Origin: an uncultured Candidatus Entotheonella sp.
Lineage (GTDB): Bacteria > Tectomicrobia > Entotheonellia > Entotheonellales > Entotheonellaceae
Direction: 5' to 3'
Length of the DNA stretch: 64,000 nt
NCBI GenBank assembly: GCA_965215335.1
Contig: CBDCDA010000001.1
Span: 1,536,001 to 1,600,000 of the forward strand
This document shows positions 50,746 to 61,132 of the stretch, in pieces. Below the pieces are notes generated by a model. The model did not search any database and was not told where the DNA came from. It saw nothing but the letters and a program-made list of their open reading frames with translations. Numbering within the stretch: the stretch's first letter is position 1; every line of letters begins with the position of its first letter. Position numbers and translations under genes: made by a program.

Positions 50746-51678
50746 TTACTTCCCCGCCGCATCCCGTATGGGCTGGGCAGCCAGGGCAATCCAGCCGTCC
50801 GTCAGCATGCGGGAGCGGATGCCCAACCCGGCTGCTTTGAGCGACGCTGTCAACGTGGCTTCCTGCGGGGCAATAATTCCCGACACGATCAGGGTGCCTC
50901 CCAGCTTCAGACGACGGCGCAGGGTTTGCATCATTTCGACCAACGGCCCAAGAAAAATGTTCGCCACGATCATGTCGAATGGTCCAGGGGCAGCGTCGCA
51001 CCAGCCGGAGATGAATTGCGTTTGATCCTGCAAGTCATTCGCCGCGGCGTTGTCGACCGCCACGGCGGTCGCCTGCGGATCCACGTCTACGCCGACTGCG
51101 GCGTGCAAGCCGAGCCGCAGAGCGGTCAGCGACAGGATACCGGAGCCACAGCCTGCGTCAAGAAGGTTGCCACCTTGATGCTGCGCGGCGTAGTCGGCCA
51201 GCATGTCCAGGCACATGCGCGTGGTTGGGTGCGTGCCGGTCCCGAAGGCCAGGCCCGGATCGATGGTCAGGCAAGCCTTGTCGTGCGGTATGGGTGAGGT
51301 ATCCCAGGAAGGGCGAATGAGCAAGCGGTCATCCACCCAGAAGGGATGAAAGAAGTCCTGCCACTGGGTCAGGTATCGCTGATCGCTCAGCTTGCAGCAG
51401 TACAAGGTCCAGGGCAGGGGTGTTTCAGAGCCGGCACCGGCAGCCATGAATCGCTGCAAGGCGGCGAGTCGTGTCAAGAGTTCTTCATGCCCTGCGAACG
51501 CCGTCTGCAGGACCGTCGAGCCTTGCGAGTAAAGCGTGTGGTCCACGCAGGGCTCGCAGGCCGACAGTCTGGTGTGCTCATGGACAACGACCGCCGTCGA
51601 ATCCAGGCGGTCCAGGTAAGCGCTGACCGCATCGCTTGTATGCACCGGCGTTTGCACGTAAACGTTCCACCACTGCAT
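50746..51678 (-). CDS. prmA: Ribosomal protein L11 methyltransferase
   Basis: 'IDPGLAFGTGTHPTT', 'DAGCGSGIL', 'VANI', 'SGI'. Start uncertain (51678 or 51744). Confidence 0.93.
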   Translation of the reverse strand: MQWWNVYVQTPVHTSDAVSAYLDRLDSTAVVVHEHTRLSACEPCVDHTLYSQGSTVLQTAFAGHEELLTRLAALQRFMAAGAGSETPLPWTLYCCKLSDQRYLTQWQDFFHPFWVDDRLLIRPSWDTSPIPHDKACLTIDPGLAFGTGTHPTTRMCLDMLADYAAQHQGGNLLDAGCGSGILSLTALRLGLHAAVGVDVDPQATAVAVDNAAANDLQDQTQFISGWCDAAPGPFDMIVANIFLGPLVEMMQTLRRRLKLGGTLIVSGIIAPQEATLTASLKAAGLGIRSRMLTDGWIALAAQPIRDAAGK

Positions 51679-51756
51679 CCAGGTCACCGGTTTCAATAGT
51701 CGGGAGATTCCAGAGGAACGCCGCAGCTGAGGCGGGTGTGTCAAAGGCTTGGAACG

Positions 51757-52812
51757 CTAGCCCTGGGTAAGGATTTTGCTGACGAGTTGTGCGGTGTAAT
51801 CAACAACGGCCATGACACGCGGATAGGCCATGCGTTTGGGACCGAGGACACCGAGGACGCCGATCGTGCGGTCGGCGTAGGTGTAGGTATGGGTGACGAA
51901 GCTGCATTCGTGAATGTCCTTGAAGGGGGTTTCCGAGCCGATAACGACATTCACGCCGATTTCCTCAAGACATTTGTCGAGCACGCTGATCAACCGACTC
52001 TTTTCTTCAAACGCCGCGAAGAGGTCCTTCATCTGATCGACATTTGAAGCAAACTCGGGCTGATCGAGGATATTGACCGTGCCGCCCAGATAAATGTCGC
52101 TCTCGCTTTCCACGGCACCGGCAAACGTTTTTTCGCCCACGTGCATTGCTTGCCGAACGAGGTTGTCGTATTGCGCTTTTTCCTCCTGCATGCGTTCGAG
52201 CACCTGGCGGCGAATCTCACGAAGCGGCTGATTGGCAAACTCATGATTGAGATAATTGGAGATGTGATGGAGGTCGTCCTGACTCAACTCTTCGTCGAGC
52301 ATGATCAGCTTGTTCTGGACCATACCGGATTCCATGACGAAGATCGCCAGGACCTGTCGGTCGCGGATTTTGACAAACTCGATGCGTTTGAAAATCGTGG
52401 TCGTGAACGTGCGAAGGACGACCCCGGCGTACTGCGTGACCTCCGAGAGCAAACGGGAGGTTTCCGCCATTACTTCGTCGACTTCGCCGCGATAAAGCGT
52501 GTAGCGCTGCGAGATACGGGCGGAATCCTCACTGCTGAGAACATCGAGGTCGTTCAGGTGATTGACGTAAAACCGGTAGCCTTTGTCGGTAGGAATGCGT
52601 CCTGCGGAGGTATGCGGCTGCTCCAGAAATCCGAGGTCCTCGAGGTCGGACATCACGTTGCGAATGGTCGCCGGACTCAAGCCGAAATCGAAGCGTTTCG
52701 AGATCGTCCGCGAACCGATGGGCTCGGCGTTCTGAATGAAACAATGCACGATGGCCGTCAAAATGCTTTGTGTGCGCCCATCCAAGGCTTCGAGCTCTGG
52801 CGTCTGAGGCAT
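51757..52812 (-). CDS. hrcA: Heat-inducible transcription repressor HrcA
   Basis: 'EPIGSR', 'SPATIRNVMSDLE', 'QPHTSAGRIPTDKGYRFYV', 'GPKRMAY'. Confidence 0.96.
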   Translation of the reverse strand: MPQTPELEALDGRTQSILTAIVHCFIQNAEPIGSRTISKRFDFGLSPATIRNVMSDLEDLGFLEQPHTSAGRIPTDKGYRFYVNHLNDLDVLSSEDSARISQRYTLYRGEVDEVMAETSRLLSEVTQYAGVVLRTFTTTIFKRIEFVKIRDRQVLAIFVMESGMVQNKLIMLDEELSQDDLHHISNYLNHEFANQPLREIRRQVLERMQEEKAQYDNLVRQAMHVGEKTFAGAVESESDIYLGGTVNILDQPEFASNVDQMKDLFAAFEEKSRLISVLDKCLEEIGVNVVIGSETPFKDIHECSFVTHTYTYADRTIGVLGVLGPKRMAYPRVMAVVDYTAQLVSKILTQG

Positions 52813-52855
52813 CAATTCCCCTGCCGCTAACGAATTCAAGAGCGAAGGACGCGCC

Positions 52856-52883
52856 ATTATACCCGTCAATGTTTCAACCGCAA
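52856..52883 (-). promoter_or_regulatory. Putative sigma70 promoter of hrcA
   Basis: Minus strand TTGCGG-16-TATAAT. Confidence 0.45.
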
Positions 52884-53035
52884 GGACGGTCGTGAACAAT
52901 TTTCTGACGGTCGTCTTGGAGGGTGGTTTGCGCGACGCAATCCTTGCCCGCAGTACTCCGTGTCGGGATGACAGGAGGCGGTTTGCCGTGCTATCTTGGC
53001 CGTATCCTCACCCATTACAGGCACAAGGAGCGGTG

Positions 53036-54037
53036 GTGAGTTTTGAGGGCATTCTGGGGCAGGAACGAGCCGTCACGCAGTTGCGAAAAGCGCTGCAAGG
53101 TGACCGCTTGGCGCATGCCTATCTGTTCTATGGCCCCAACGGTACGGGTAAGAAACTCGCGGCCCTGCAATTCACCAAGGCCCTGTATTGCACCGCTGTC
53201 ACCGCCGCTGCCTGCGGTGCCTGCGCAACATGCCACAAGATTGCCAACCGCAACCATCCCGATGTGCTGCTGATCGAGCCGGAGGGTGCCTCGATCAGGA
53301 TCGAAGCCATTCGTATGATCCAGAATCGCCTCAGCTACAGGCCCTATGAAAGCCAGCGCACCGCGATTATCATCGACGGGTGTGAGTTGCTGACCCTGCC
53401 GGCGTCACACGCCCTTTTGAAGACGCTGGAGGAGCCGCCCGGTAACGCGCTGTTGTTGTTGTTGGCCGGCAGGAAGGAGGCGCTGCCGCTGACCATCATT
53501 TCGCGCTGTCAGCTCCTGCCCTTTCAGCCCCTTGCCCCGCAACACATCGCGAGCATTCTTTCGCGGCGGGGGGTGGGTGCCGAGACGGCGAGGGCCGCCG
53601 CTTCGTTGGTGGAAGGCAGCCTGGATGCGTTTGCGGAAACGGCTCCCGCGCAGATACTCGCCAAGCGACAGGCGGCGTATACCCTGTTGTCCGATGCGTT
53701 AGACGCCAAGGATCCCGGTCTTTTCAGCAAGGCGAGACAGTTTGCCGGCAAACGGGAGCAGTGCGAGGGGTTGTTGCGATGGCTTGAGCTGCTGTGCCGG
53801 GACATGGTGCTGCTTAAAGTCGCCCCGACGGCACCGCTTCATAACCAGGATGTGCGTGCGGAGTTGAATGAGCTGGCACGTCCGTTGACGCACGAACGGC
53901 TGCTCGACACGTGTGACCTCATTGAGCAACTTCGCCATTACCTCGCCCTGAACGTCAATCCCCAGCTTATCTTTGAGCGTCTGTTGGTCCACCTGCAGCA
54001 GACCTTGAGCGGAGCGGCAGCGACACACCCGGCTTAG
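53036..54037 (+). CDS. holB: DNA polymerase III subunit delta'
   Basis: 'HAYLFYGPNGTGK', zinc module 'C...CGACATC', 'HPD', 'LLKTLEEP', 'TIISRC'. Confidence 0.93.
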   Translation: MSFEGILGQERAVTQLRKALQGDRLAHAYLFYGPNGTGKKLAALQFTKALYCTAVTAAACGACATCHKIANRNHPDVLLIEPEGASIRIEAIRMIQNRLSYRPYESQRTAIIIDGCELLTLPASHALLKTLEEPPGNALLLLLAGRKEALPLTIISRCQLLPFQPLAPQHIASILSRRGVGAETARAAASLVEGSLDAFAETAPAQILAKRQAAYTLLSDALDAKDPGLFSKARQFAGKREQCEGLLRWLELLCRDMVLLKVAPTAPLHNQDVRAELNELARPLTHERLLDTCDLIEQLRHYLALNVNPQLIFERLLVHLQQTLSGAAATHPA

Positions 54038-54609
54038 CAGGTGTCTTCGCAAGTCAGCACACCCTGTTCGGTCACCAGCGACTGCATGCGGACGTCGTGT
54101 GGCATGTCGGGCACATGCTGGACGATCTGCAACGAGAAGGCCAAACCGCACACGTGCGTCGTGGCAGGGAGCCGGCACAGGAAGCGGTCGTAATAACCTT
54201 TCCCGAATCCCAATCGTGCACCGCGGCGGTCAAAGGCGATGCCAGGGACTATGACGCAGTTGATGTCTTGGGGGGATATCGTTGCCGTGCTGACGGCGGG
54301 TTCAAGAATGCCGAAAGGACCCGGCTGAAATTGTAGTTGGCCCGCCGGCAGTTCCACAGCAACGAGCCCGTGCGGCTTTACAACGGGAACCGTTATCCGC
54401 TTTCCCTGATACAGGCTTGCCGCGAGGATTGCCGCGGTTTGTACCTCCTGCGGCAACGCCATGTAAAGCATGACCGTCTGGCTATCCCGAAAAGCTGGCA
54501 TGGCGCAAACATGCTTGGCGATTGTGGCGCTCATTTGGCGGCGTTTCACCGTCGTCAGGACCGCTCGTCGGGCCAGGCACGATGCACGCAGCCGCGCTTT
54601 GGTGAACAT
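54034..54609 (-). CDS. ygfA: 5-formyltetrahydrofolate cyclo-ligase
   Basis: 'FGILEP', 'VPGIAFDRRGARLGFGKGYYDRFL', 'HD'. Confidence 0.95.
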   Translation of the reverse strand: MFTKARLRASCLARRAVLTTVKRRQMSATIAKHVCAMPAFRDSQTVMLYMALPQEVQTAAILAASLYQGKRITVPVVKPHGLVAVELPAGQLQFQPGPFGILEPAVSTATISPQDINCVIVPGIAFDRRGARLGFGKGYYDRFLCRLPATTHVCGLAFSLQIVQHVPDMPHDVRMQSLVTEQGVLTCEDTC

Positions 54610-54625
54610 GGTTCGTATTCGATGT

Positions 54626-54733
54626 CTTGGTTTTACAAAGCGTTGTGCAGGCGGGGATGGAGATGGTTCCGAACTGGAAGCGGGACCATTCCTAGAGGCT
54701 CAGGGCGATCCGCGGCTGAGGAGGAAACCAGGG
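54626..54733 (-). ncRNA. Candidate short 6S RNA-like element
   Basis: Sits at the zapA-ssrS-ygfA position; hand-folds into a rod with closing stem, central bubble and apical hairpin; only ~108 nt. Confidence 0.4.
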
Positions 54734-54734
54734 T

Positions 54735-55025
54735 TTAGTTCGTTGTCAGTTGTTGTTTGATTGCCGAGATGAGCCGGTCGGCCTTCGCGTCTATAAGCTG
54801 CGAGGCGCGGTCCAAGTCATCCTGGAGTTTGAAGAGATCATCGGCAATGTTGAGGGCAGCCAGGACGGCCAAGCGATTGAATGGTACGGACGGATTTACG
54901 TCAGCGATAGCGCGGATTCTCTCATCGACGTGCGTTGCCAACCGTTGCATGTAGTCGGATTCCGCCACCCCGGCGGAAAGCCGGAACGTCTGACCGAATA
55001 TCTCGACTTTAACGTCCTCTGTCAT
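54735..55025 (-). CDS. zapA: Cell division protein ZapA
   Basis: 'VEIFGQTF', 'LATHVDERI', 'LAVLAALNIADDL'. Confidence 0.92.
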   Translation of the reverse strand: MTEDVKVEIFGQTFRLSAGVAESDYMQRLATHVDERIRAIADVNPSVPFNRLAVLAALNIADDLFKLQDDLDRASQLIDAKADRLISAIKQQLTTN

Positions 55026-55052
55026 ATCGAGCCTCCGCCGGTTGCCCGAATC

Positions 55053-55373
55053 CTAACCCGTCTCACGCCGATGGGAGGAATTCTCGAGCTGCTCGACAAT
55101 CTGCAGCAACTCCTGGAGCTTCTTATGTACGACAAACCGTTCCTGTTGCAGATCCTGCACCACCGTACGCAATTGCGTGAGCTTTCCCCGCGTGTTTTGC
55201 AGGCCGGTGATACGCTTTTCCTGGACTGACGCATTGGTCTGCAATTGCCCGATCTCGGCCTGCAATTGCTTGATCCCGGTCTGCAGTTGCCCGTTTTCCC
55301 GTTTCAAACGATCATAGGACAAAAGCAACCGCTCAACCTGAGCTTCGAGTATGATGAACTGGTCCACATCCAT
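55053..55373 (-). CDS. ZapB-like coiled-coil protein
   Basis: Continuous heptad coiled coil 'LEAQVERLL...LKRENGQL' directly upstream of zapA. Confidence 0.7.
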   Translation of the reverse strand: MDVDQFIILEAQVERLLLSYDRLKRENGQLQTGIKQLQAEIGQLQTNASVQEKRITGLQNTRGKLTQLRTVVQDLQQERFVVHKKLQELLQIVEQLENSSHRRETG

Positions 55374-55535
55374 TCGAGAGCCTCAAATGTCACAAGGCAG
55401 GCGCCTTGTGATTCGACGACTTGCCATCCCGCCAAGCCAGCTTATGGCTTCTTTACCGAATAGGGCCATGAACTCTGATGCCCAAGCGCCCGAAGGCGGT
55501 CAAACGGATGGCGGAATAAATTGACAAACACCCTC

Positions 55536-55892
55536 TCAGGGCAGGTGCTTCTTGGCAAGCGCCGCCACCTCGGCAAACGCTTCGGGCTCGTGCAGGGCCA
55601 CGGACGCCAAAACCCGGCGGTCGAGGTCAACATTGGCCAGCTTGAGGCCGGACATGAACTTGCTGTAGGTCAGCCCGTGCATGCGCGCCGCAGCATTGAT
55701 GCGGATAATCCACAATCGGCGAAAGTCTCTCTTGCGAGCCTTGCGATCACGATAGGCGAACTTCCAACCGCGCTCGACCGTCTCGCGAGCCCGCCGGTAC
55801 AAATTACCACGACCGCCTCGGTTGCCCTTTGCGTGTTGCAACAAACGCTTATGGCGCCGATGCGTGACTGAACCACTCGTTGCTCGCGGCAT
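55536..55892 (-). CDS. rplT: 50S ribosomal protein L20
   Basis: 'AYRDRKARKRDFRRLWIIRINAA', 'LDRRVLA'. Confidence 0.97.
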   Translation of the reverse strand: MPRATSGSVTHRRHKRLLQHAKGNRGGRGNLYRRARETVERGWKFAYRDRKARKRDFRRLWIIRINAAARMHGLTYSKFMSGLKLANVDLDRRVLASVALHEPEAFAEVAALAKKHLP

Positions 55893-55929
55893 GATTCTTT
55901 TTTTCCTGTCTTGTGACGGTGAAGGAAAC

Positions 55930-56124
55930 TCAAACGAGAAGGAGGCGTTTCATACGCCGGCTGTCGGCAGCGGATACCAGGGTGGATTGACGAAGGCCAC
56001 GTTTTCGTTTGCGCGTCTTTATGGCCAGTTTGTGACGCTTATAGGCGTGAGCGCGTCGTATATTGCCCCGCGCGGTGAAGGAGAAGCGTTTTCTGGCGCT
56101 TCGATTGCTCTTCATCTTTGGCAT
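55930..56124 (-). CDS. rpmI: 50S ribosomal protein L35
   Basis: 'MPKMKSNRSARKRF', 'HKLAIKTRKRKRGLR'. Confidence 0.95.
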   Translation of the reverse strand: MPKMKSNRSARKRFSFTARGNIRRAHAYKRHKLAIKTRKRKRGLRQSTLVSAADSRRMKRLLLV

Positions 56125-56161
56125 CAACTCATCCCTCAAACAACAAGACACCATCAAGCGC

Positions 56162-56674
56162 TCAGGACGACCGCGGGCTCAGAACCATCGCCAGATTGCG
56201 GCCTTCCTGTTTGGGTGTCTGCTCGACGGTGCTTACGTCCTCCAACTCTCCGGCCATACGGTCCAGTATGCGCCGGCCCAGCTCGGTATGGGCCATCTCA
56301 CGGCCTCGAAAGACGATGGTGACCTTCGCCTTGTGTCCGTCCTGAAGAAAACGTCGTACGTGTTGGCTTTTGAAGTTGTAGTCGTGTTCTTCGGTCTTCG
56401 GCCGCAACTTGATTTCTTTTACAAGAATGACCTTCTGTTTTTTCTTCGCCTGCTGGAGGCGTTTACTCTGCTGGTATTTGTACTTGCCGTAATCCATGAT
56501 TCGGCAGACGGGCGGCTTTTCGTTCGGAGCGACCTCAACCAGATCCAGGCCGTGCTCTTCAGCCATCTGTAAGGCGTCCGGCGTCGCTATGATTCCCAAT
56601 TGGGCGCCTTCCTGGCCAATGACCCGAACCTCCGGAACCCGAATCATTCTGTTAACGCGCTGCTGCTTAGATAT
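56162..56674 (-). CDS. infC: Translation initiation factor IF-3 (non-AUG start)
   Basis: 'IRVPEVRVI', 'LDLVEVAP', 'PPVCRIMDYGKY', 'FRGRE'; GAGGAG followed by in-frame ATT (56680) and ATA (56674). Confidence 0.95.
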   Translation of the reverse strand: MSKQQRVNRMIRVPEVRVIGQEGAQLGIIATPDALQMAEEHGLDLVEVAPNEKPPVCRIMDYGKYKYQQSKRLQQAKKKQKVILVKEIKLRPKTEEHDYNFKSQHVRRFLQDGHKAKVTIVFRGREMAHTELGRRILDRMAGELEDVSTVEQTPKQEGRNLAMVLSPRSS

Positions 56675-56818
56675 AGCAATCTGCTCCTCAAGGCCGAGGT
56701 ACATAAATCGAAAGACGCCTCGGCCTGCTCAGGTCGCCCTGCGTAGCCGACCCGCGACGCCTTGACCGCATCTTCTCCTTTGCGATGCGCGCTGTTCGAG
56801 AACCGTGTGGGTTTGGAA

Positions 56819-56890
56819 TAGGCACGGGCGGTTTTGAACCGCCGACCTCTTGCGCGTCAAGCAAGCGCTCTCCCCCTGAGCTACGTGCCT
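56819..56890 (-). tRNA. tRNA-Val (GAC)
   Basis: Cloverleaf: AGGCACG/CGTGCCT acceptor, GCTC/GAGC D-stem, CTTGC-TTGACGC-GCAAG anticodon arm, GGCGG-TTCAAAA-CCGCC T-arm; CCA not directly encoded. Confidence 0.95.
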
Positions 56891-56907
56891 TATGAAAAGC
56901 GGGGCTG

Positions 56908-56936
56908 AGAGTACCGTTGGCAAAAATGCTTGTCAA
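56908..56936 (-). promoter_or_regulatory. sigma70 promoter of tRNA-Val/infC
   Basis: Minus strand TTGACA-17-TACTCT. Confidence 0.65.
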
Positions 56937-57164
56937 GCGAAAACGCGGCGTCCGCAAAGGACTGCAAACAATCCGAAGTGCGATGTTCTCGTGGTGGGCT
57001 CGCCGCACAGGATTTCAACGTCGCGGTTCGGGAAATTCATCGGAGGGTTCTTGGCTTCGGTCACTGCCGGACCTTGCCTCATATGGATTCGTTTTGCCTG
57101 TCAAGGAGAAGCTGCAAAGTTACGTCACCGAAGCTCCTCATGTCAACAGACCTGGGCTTGCACA

Positions 57165-57297
57165 CAGGGTAAGCGCATATGGCATTATCCGGGGCCAGTC
57201 CGCTTCCGTCGAGCCCTTACCGCGACGGAATGTCAAAGGGTAACTCGAGGAACTGCTGGAACCAGACGCATGGCAATACTCATATGCGCTTACCCTG
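57165..57297. mobile_element. MITE, 133 bp
   Basis: Perfect 17-bp TIR CAGGGTAAGCGCATATG / CATATGCGCTTACCCTG flanked by 10-bp direct repeat GGCTTGCACA (57155-57164, 57298-57307). Confidence 0.85.
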
Positions 57298-57333
57298 GGC
57301 TTGCACAGAGCGGACGCTCACCATCCGACGTTT

Positions 57334-59484
<2,151 letters not shown>

Positions 59485-59517
59485 CTGCTTCCTTTCACAA
59501 GGCCATGCGGTGAGGCG

Positions 59518-60108
59518 TCAATTGTCGGATAACGGTGCCCGCACCAGACGCGCCCGCGCCAGGCGCCAGAGTGGTGGCAGACAGAGGTAGGCAACGAGAC
59601 ATGCATCGAGCGTCAACTCGAGAACGGCGAACTGCGTGCCGTAATGGCGACTGTCCCAATAACTGACAGGGCTTTCAAAACGGATCGTCCACTCGAACGG
59701 GAAGAACAGCAGCGGGCCGTCATCGACATGCGTCAGCACGTCCACGAAACTATGCAGCAGGCAGGCTGCCAGAAACCAGCGCAGCCAGCGCCGCGACGTC
59801 TGCGGCAGACCTTGGAGGCGCCACAGCACGACCAGGGCGAGGCTCAACACGGTCGGGGAATGCAGCAGATTGTGGGCGGCGATCCAGGACGGGTTGTGAA
59901 AATACAGCGTGTCGAACAGGTGGCGCCACGTCGCCTCGGCGCTCCAGCCCAGCAGATAGCGGAAGTGGATGGCGCCGCCGAGGGACAGCAGGTACAGCGC
60001 GATGTCGGGCGCCACCGAGCCGAGCAGGCAGGCGCCGGCAGGCGGCGGCTGGTGCTTCCAGGCGCGGCGCAGGGCGGCGGTCATGAGAAAATGTGACGGT
60101 GTGTTCAT
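59518..60108 (-). CDS. Membrane-bound metal-dependent hydrolase family protein
   Basis: 'TPSH', 'GSVAPD', 'HNLLHS', 'HSFVDVLTH.DDGP.LFFPF'. Confidence 0.75.
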   Translation of the reverse strand: MNTPSHFLMTAALRRAWKHQPPPAGACLLGSVAPDIALYLLSLGGAIHFRYLLGWSAEATWRHLFDTLYFHNPSWIAAHNLLHSPTVLSLALVVLWRLQGLPQTSRRWLRWFLAACLLHSFVDVLTHVDDGPLLFFPFEWTIRFESPVSYWDSRHYGTQFAVLELTLDACLVAYLCLPPLWRLARARLVRAPLSDN

Positions 60109-60117
60109 CGCGTCTCC

Positions 60118-60912
60118 CTACTCCTGACCCTTCTTCAGCCACTCGCCGCCATCCACCACCAGCGTCGCGCCGGTCATGTAATCACCCGCCGGCGACGCCA
60201 GGTAGACGGCCAGATTGGCCACGTCCTGCACGGCTCCGAAACGGCCCAACGGCACGCCGTGCCGCACCTTGTCGTGGAATGCCTGGTTGGACCACAGGTT
60301 GCGATTGGCCCCCGGCGAATAGACCGGTCCCGGCGCGATTGCGTTCACCAGAACGTTGAACCTGGCCCATTCGAGGGCCAGCGTCTTGGTCATCGCCTCC
60401 ACGCCGGCCTTCGCCGCGGTGGTGGCCATGAGACCGGGCGAGCCCTTGAAATGCAGCGTCGCGGTGATGTTGATGATGCGGCCGCCGCCTTGCTCGATCA
60501 TGCGCTCGCCCACCGCCCGGCTGCAATAGAACGTGCCGTTCAGGGTCGTGTCGATCAGCGCCTGCCAGCCCCCTGGCGTGATCCTGCGTGCCGACGCCAG
60601 AAAGCTTCCCGCCGCGTTGTTGACCAGCACGTCGAGGCGCCCGAACGCATCGAGCGCGGCGGCCAGCATGGCGTCCACCTGCTGCGGCTCCCGAACGTCC
60701 GTCGCCACCGCCAGGGCGTGCCCGCCCTGTGCCGTGATTTCCGACGCCACCATGTCCAGATGCTCGCGGTTGCGGCTCGCCAGCACCACGTTCGCGCCAT
60801 AAGCCGCCATCGCGAGCGCAATGCCGCGCCCGATCCCGGTGCCCCCGCCGGTGACCAGCGCCACCCTGTCCTGCAACAGCCCGTCCGCGAAAATCCGCCG
60901 TCTTTCGCCCAC
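60118..60912 (-). CDS. SDR family oxidoreductase (2,4-dienoyl-CoA reductase-like)
   Basis: 'VTGGGTGIG', 'NNAAG', 'AAKAGV', 'NAIAPG', 'VDGG'. Confidence 0.9.
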   Translation of the reverse strand: MGERRRIFADGLLQDRVALVTGGGTGIGRGIALAMAAYGANVVLASRNREHLDMVASEITAQGGHALAVATDVREPQQVDAMLAAALDAFGRLDVLVNNAAGSFLASARRITPGGWQALIDTTLNGTFYCSRAVGERMIEQGGGRIINITATLHFKGSPGLMATTAAKAGVEAMTKTLALEWARFNVLVNAIAPGPVYSPGANRNLWSNQAFHDKVRHGVPLGRFGAVQDVANLAVYLASPAGDYMTGATLVVDGGEWLKKGQE

Positions 60913-61041
60913 TCCCGGTCTCTTTCAGCCTTCCAGCCCCAAGTCCCCTTTACGAGGGAGGATAAAGGGCCAATTTCGCTTCTGGCACAGCGACATTTTA
61001 GGGTACGCGATACGGCGGGAACAAGGAGACAGGGCGGCGTA

Positions 61042-61070
61042 TTGCCCGGCTGGGAGGGGTGCGATATGAT
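61042..61070 (+). promoter_or_regulatory. Putative sigma70 promoter
   Basis: TTGCCC-17-TATGAT upstream of the epimerase gene. Confidence 0.45.
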
Positions 61071-61132
61071 TCCGCGGGCTTCATGCAGGGTCTGGGAACA
61101 CGCTGCAAACCACACGGCTGGGAGACGAGACG

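Noticed and set aside
55440..55535. Possible IS end or REP downstream of rplT
   Set aside because: No partner inverted repeat, target duplication or transposase fragment was found.
56819..56890. tRNA-Val as an integration site of an island
   Set aside because: No integrase and no duplicated tRNA 3' end seen in the window.
60930..60970. Further copy of the C-rich/G-rich palindromic element
   Set aside because: Too degenerate (CCCCTTTACGAGGGAG) to assign with confidence.
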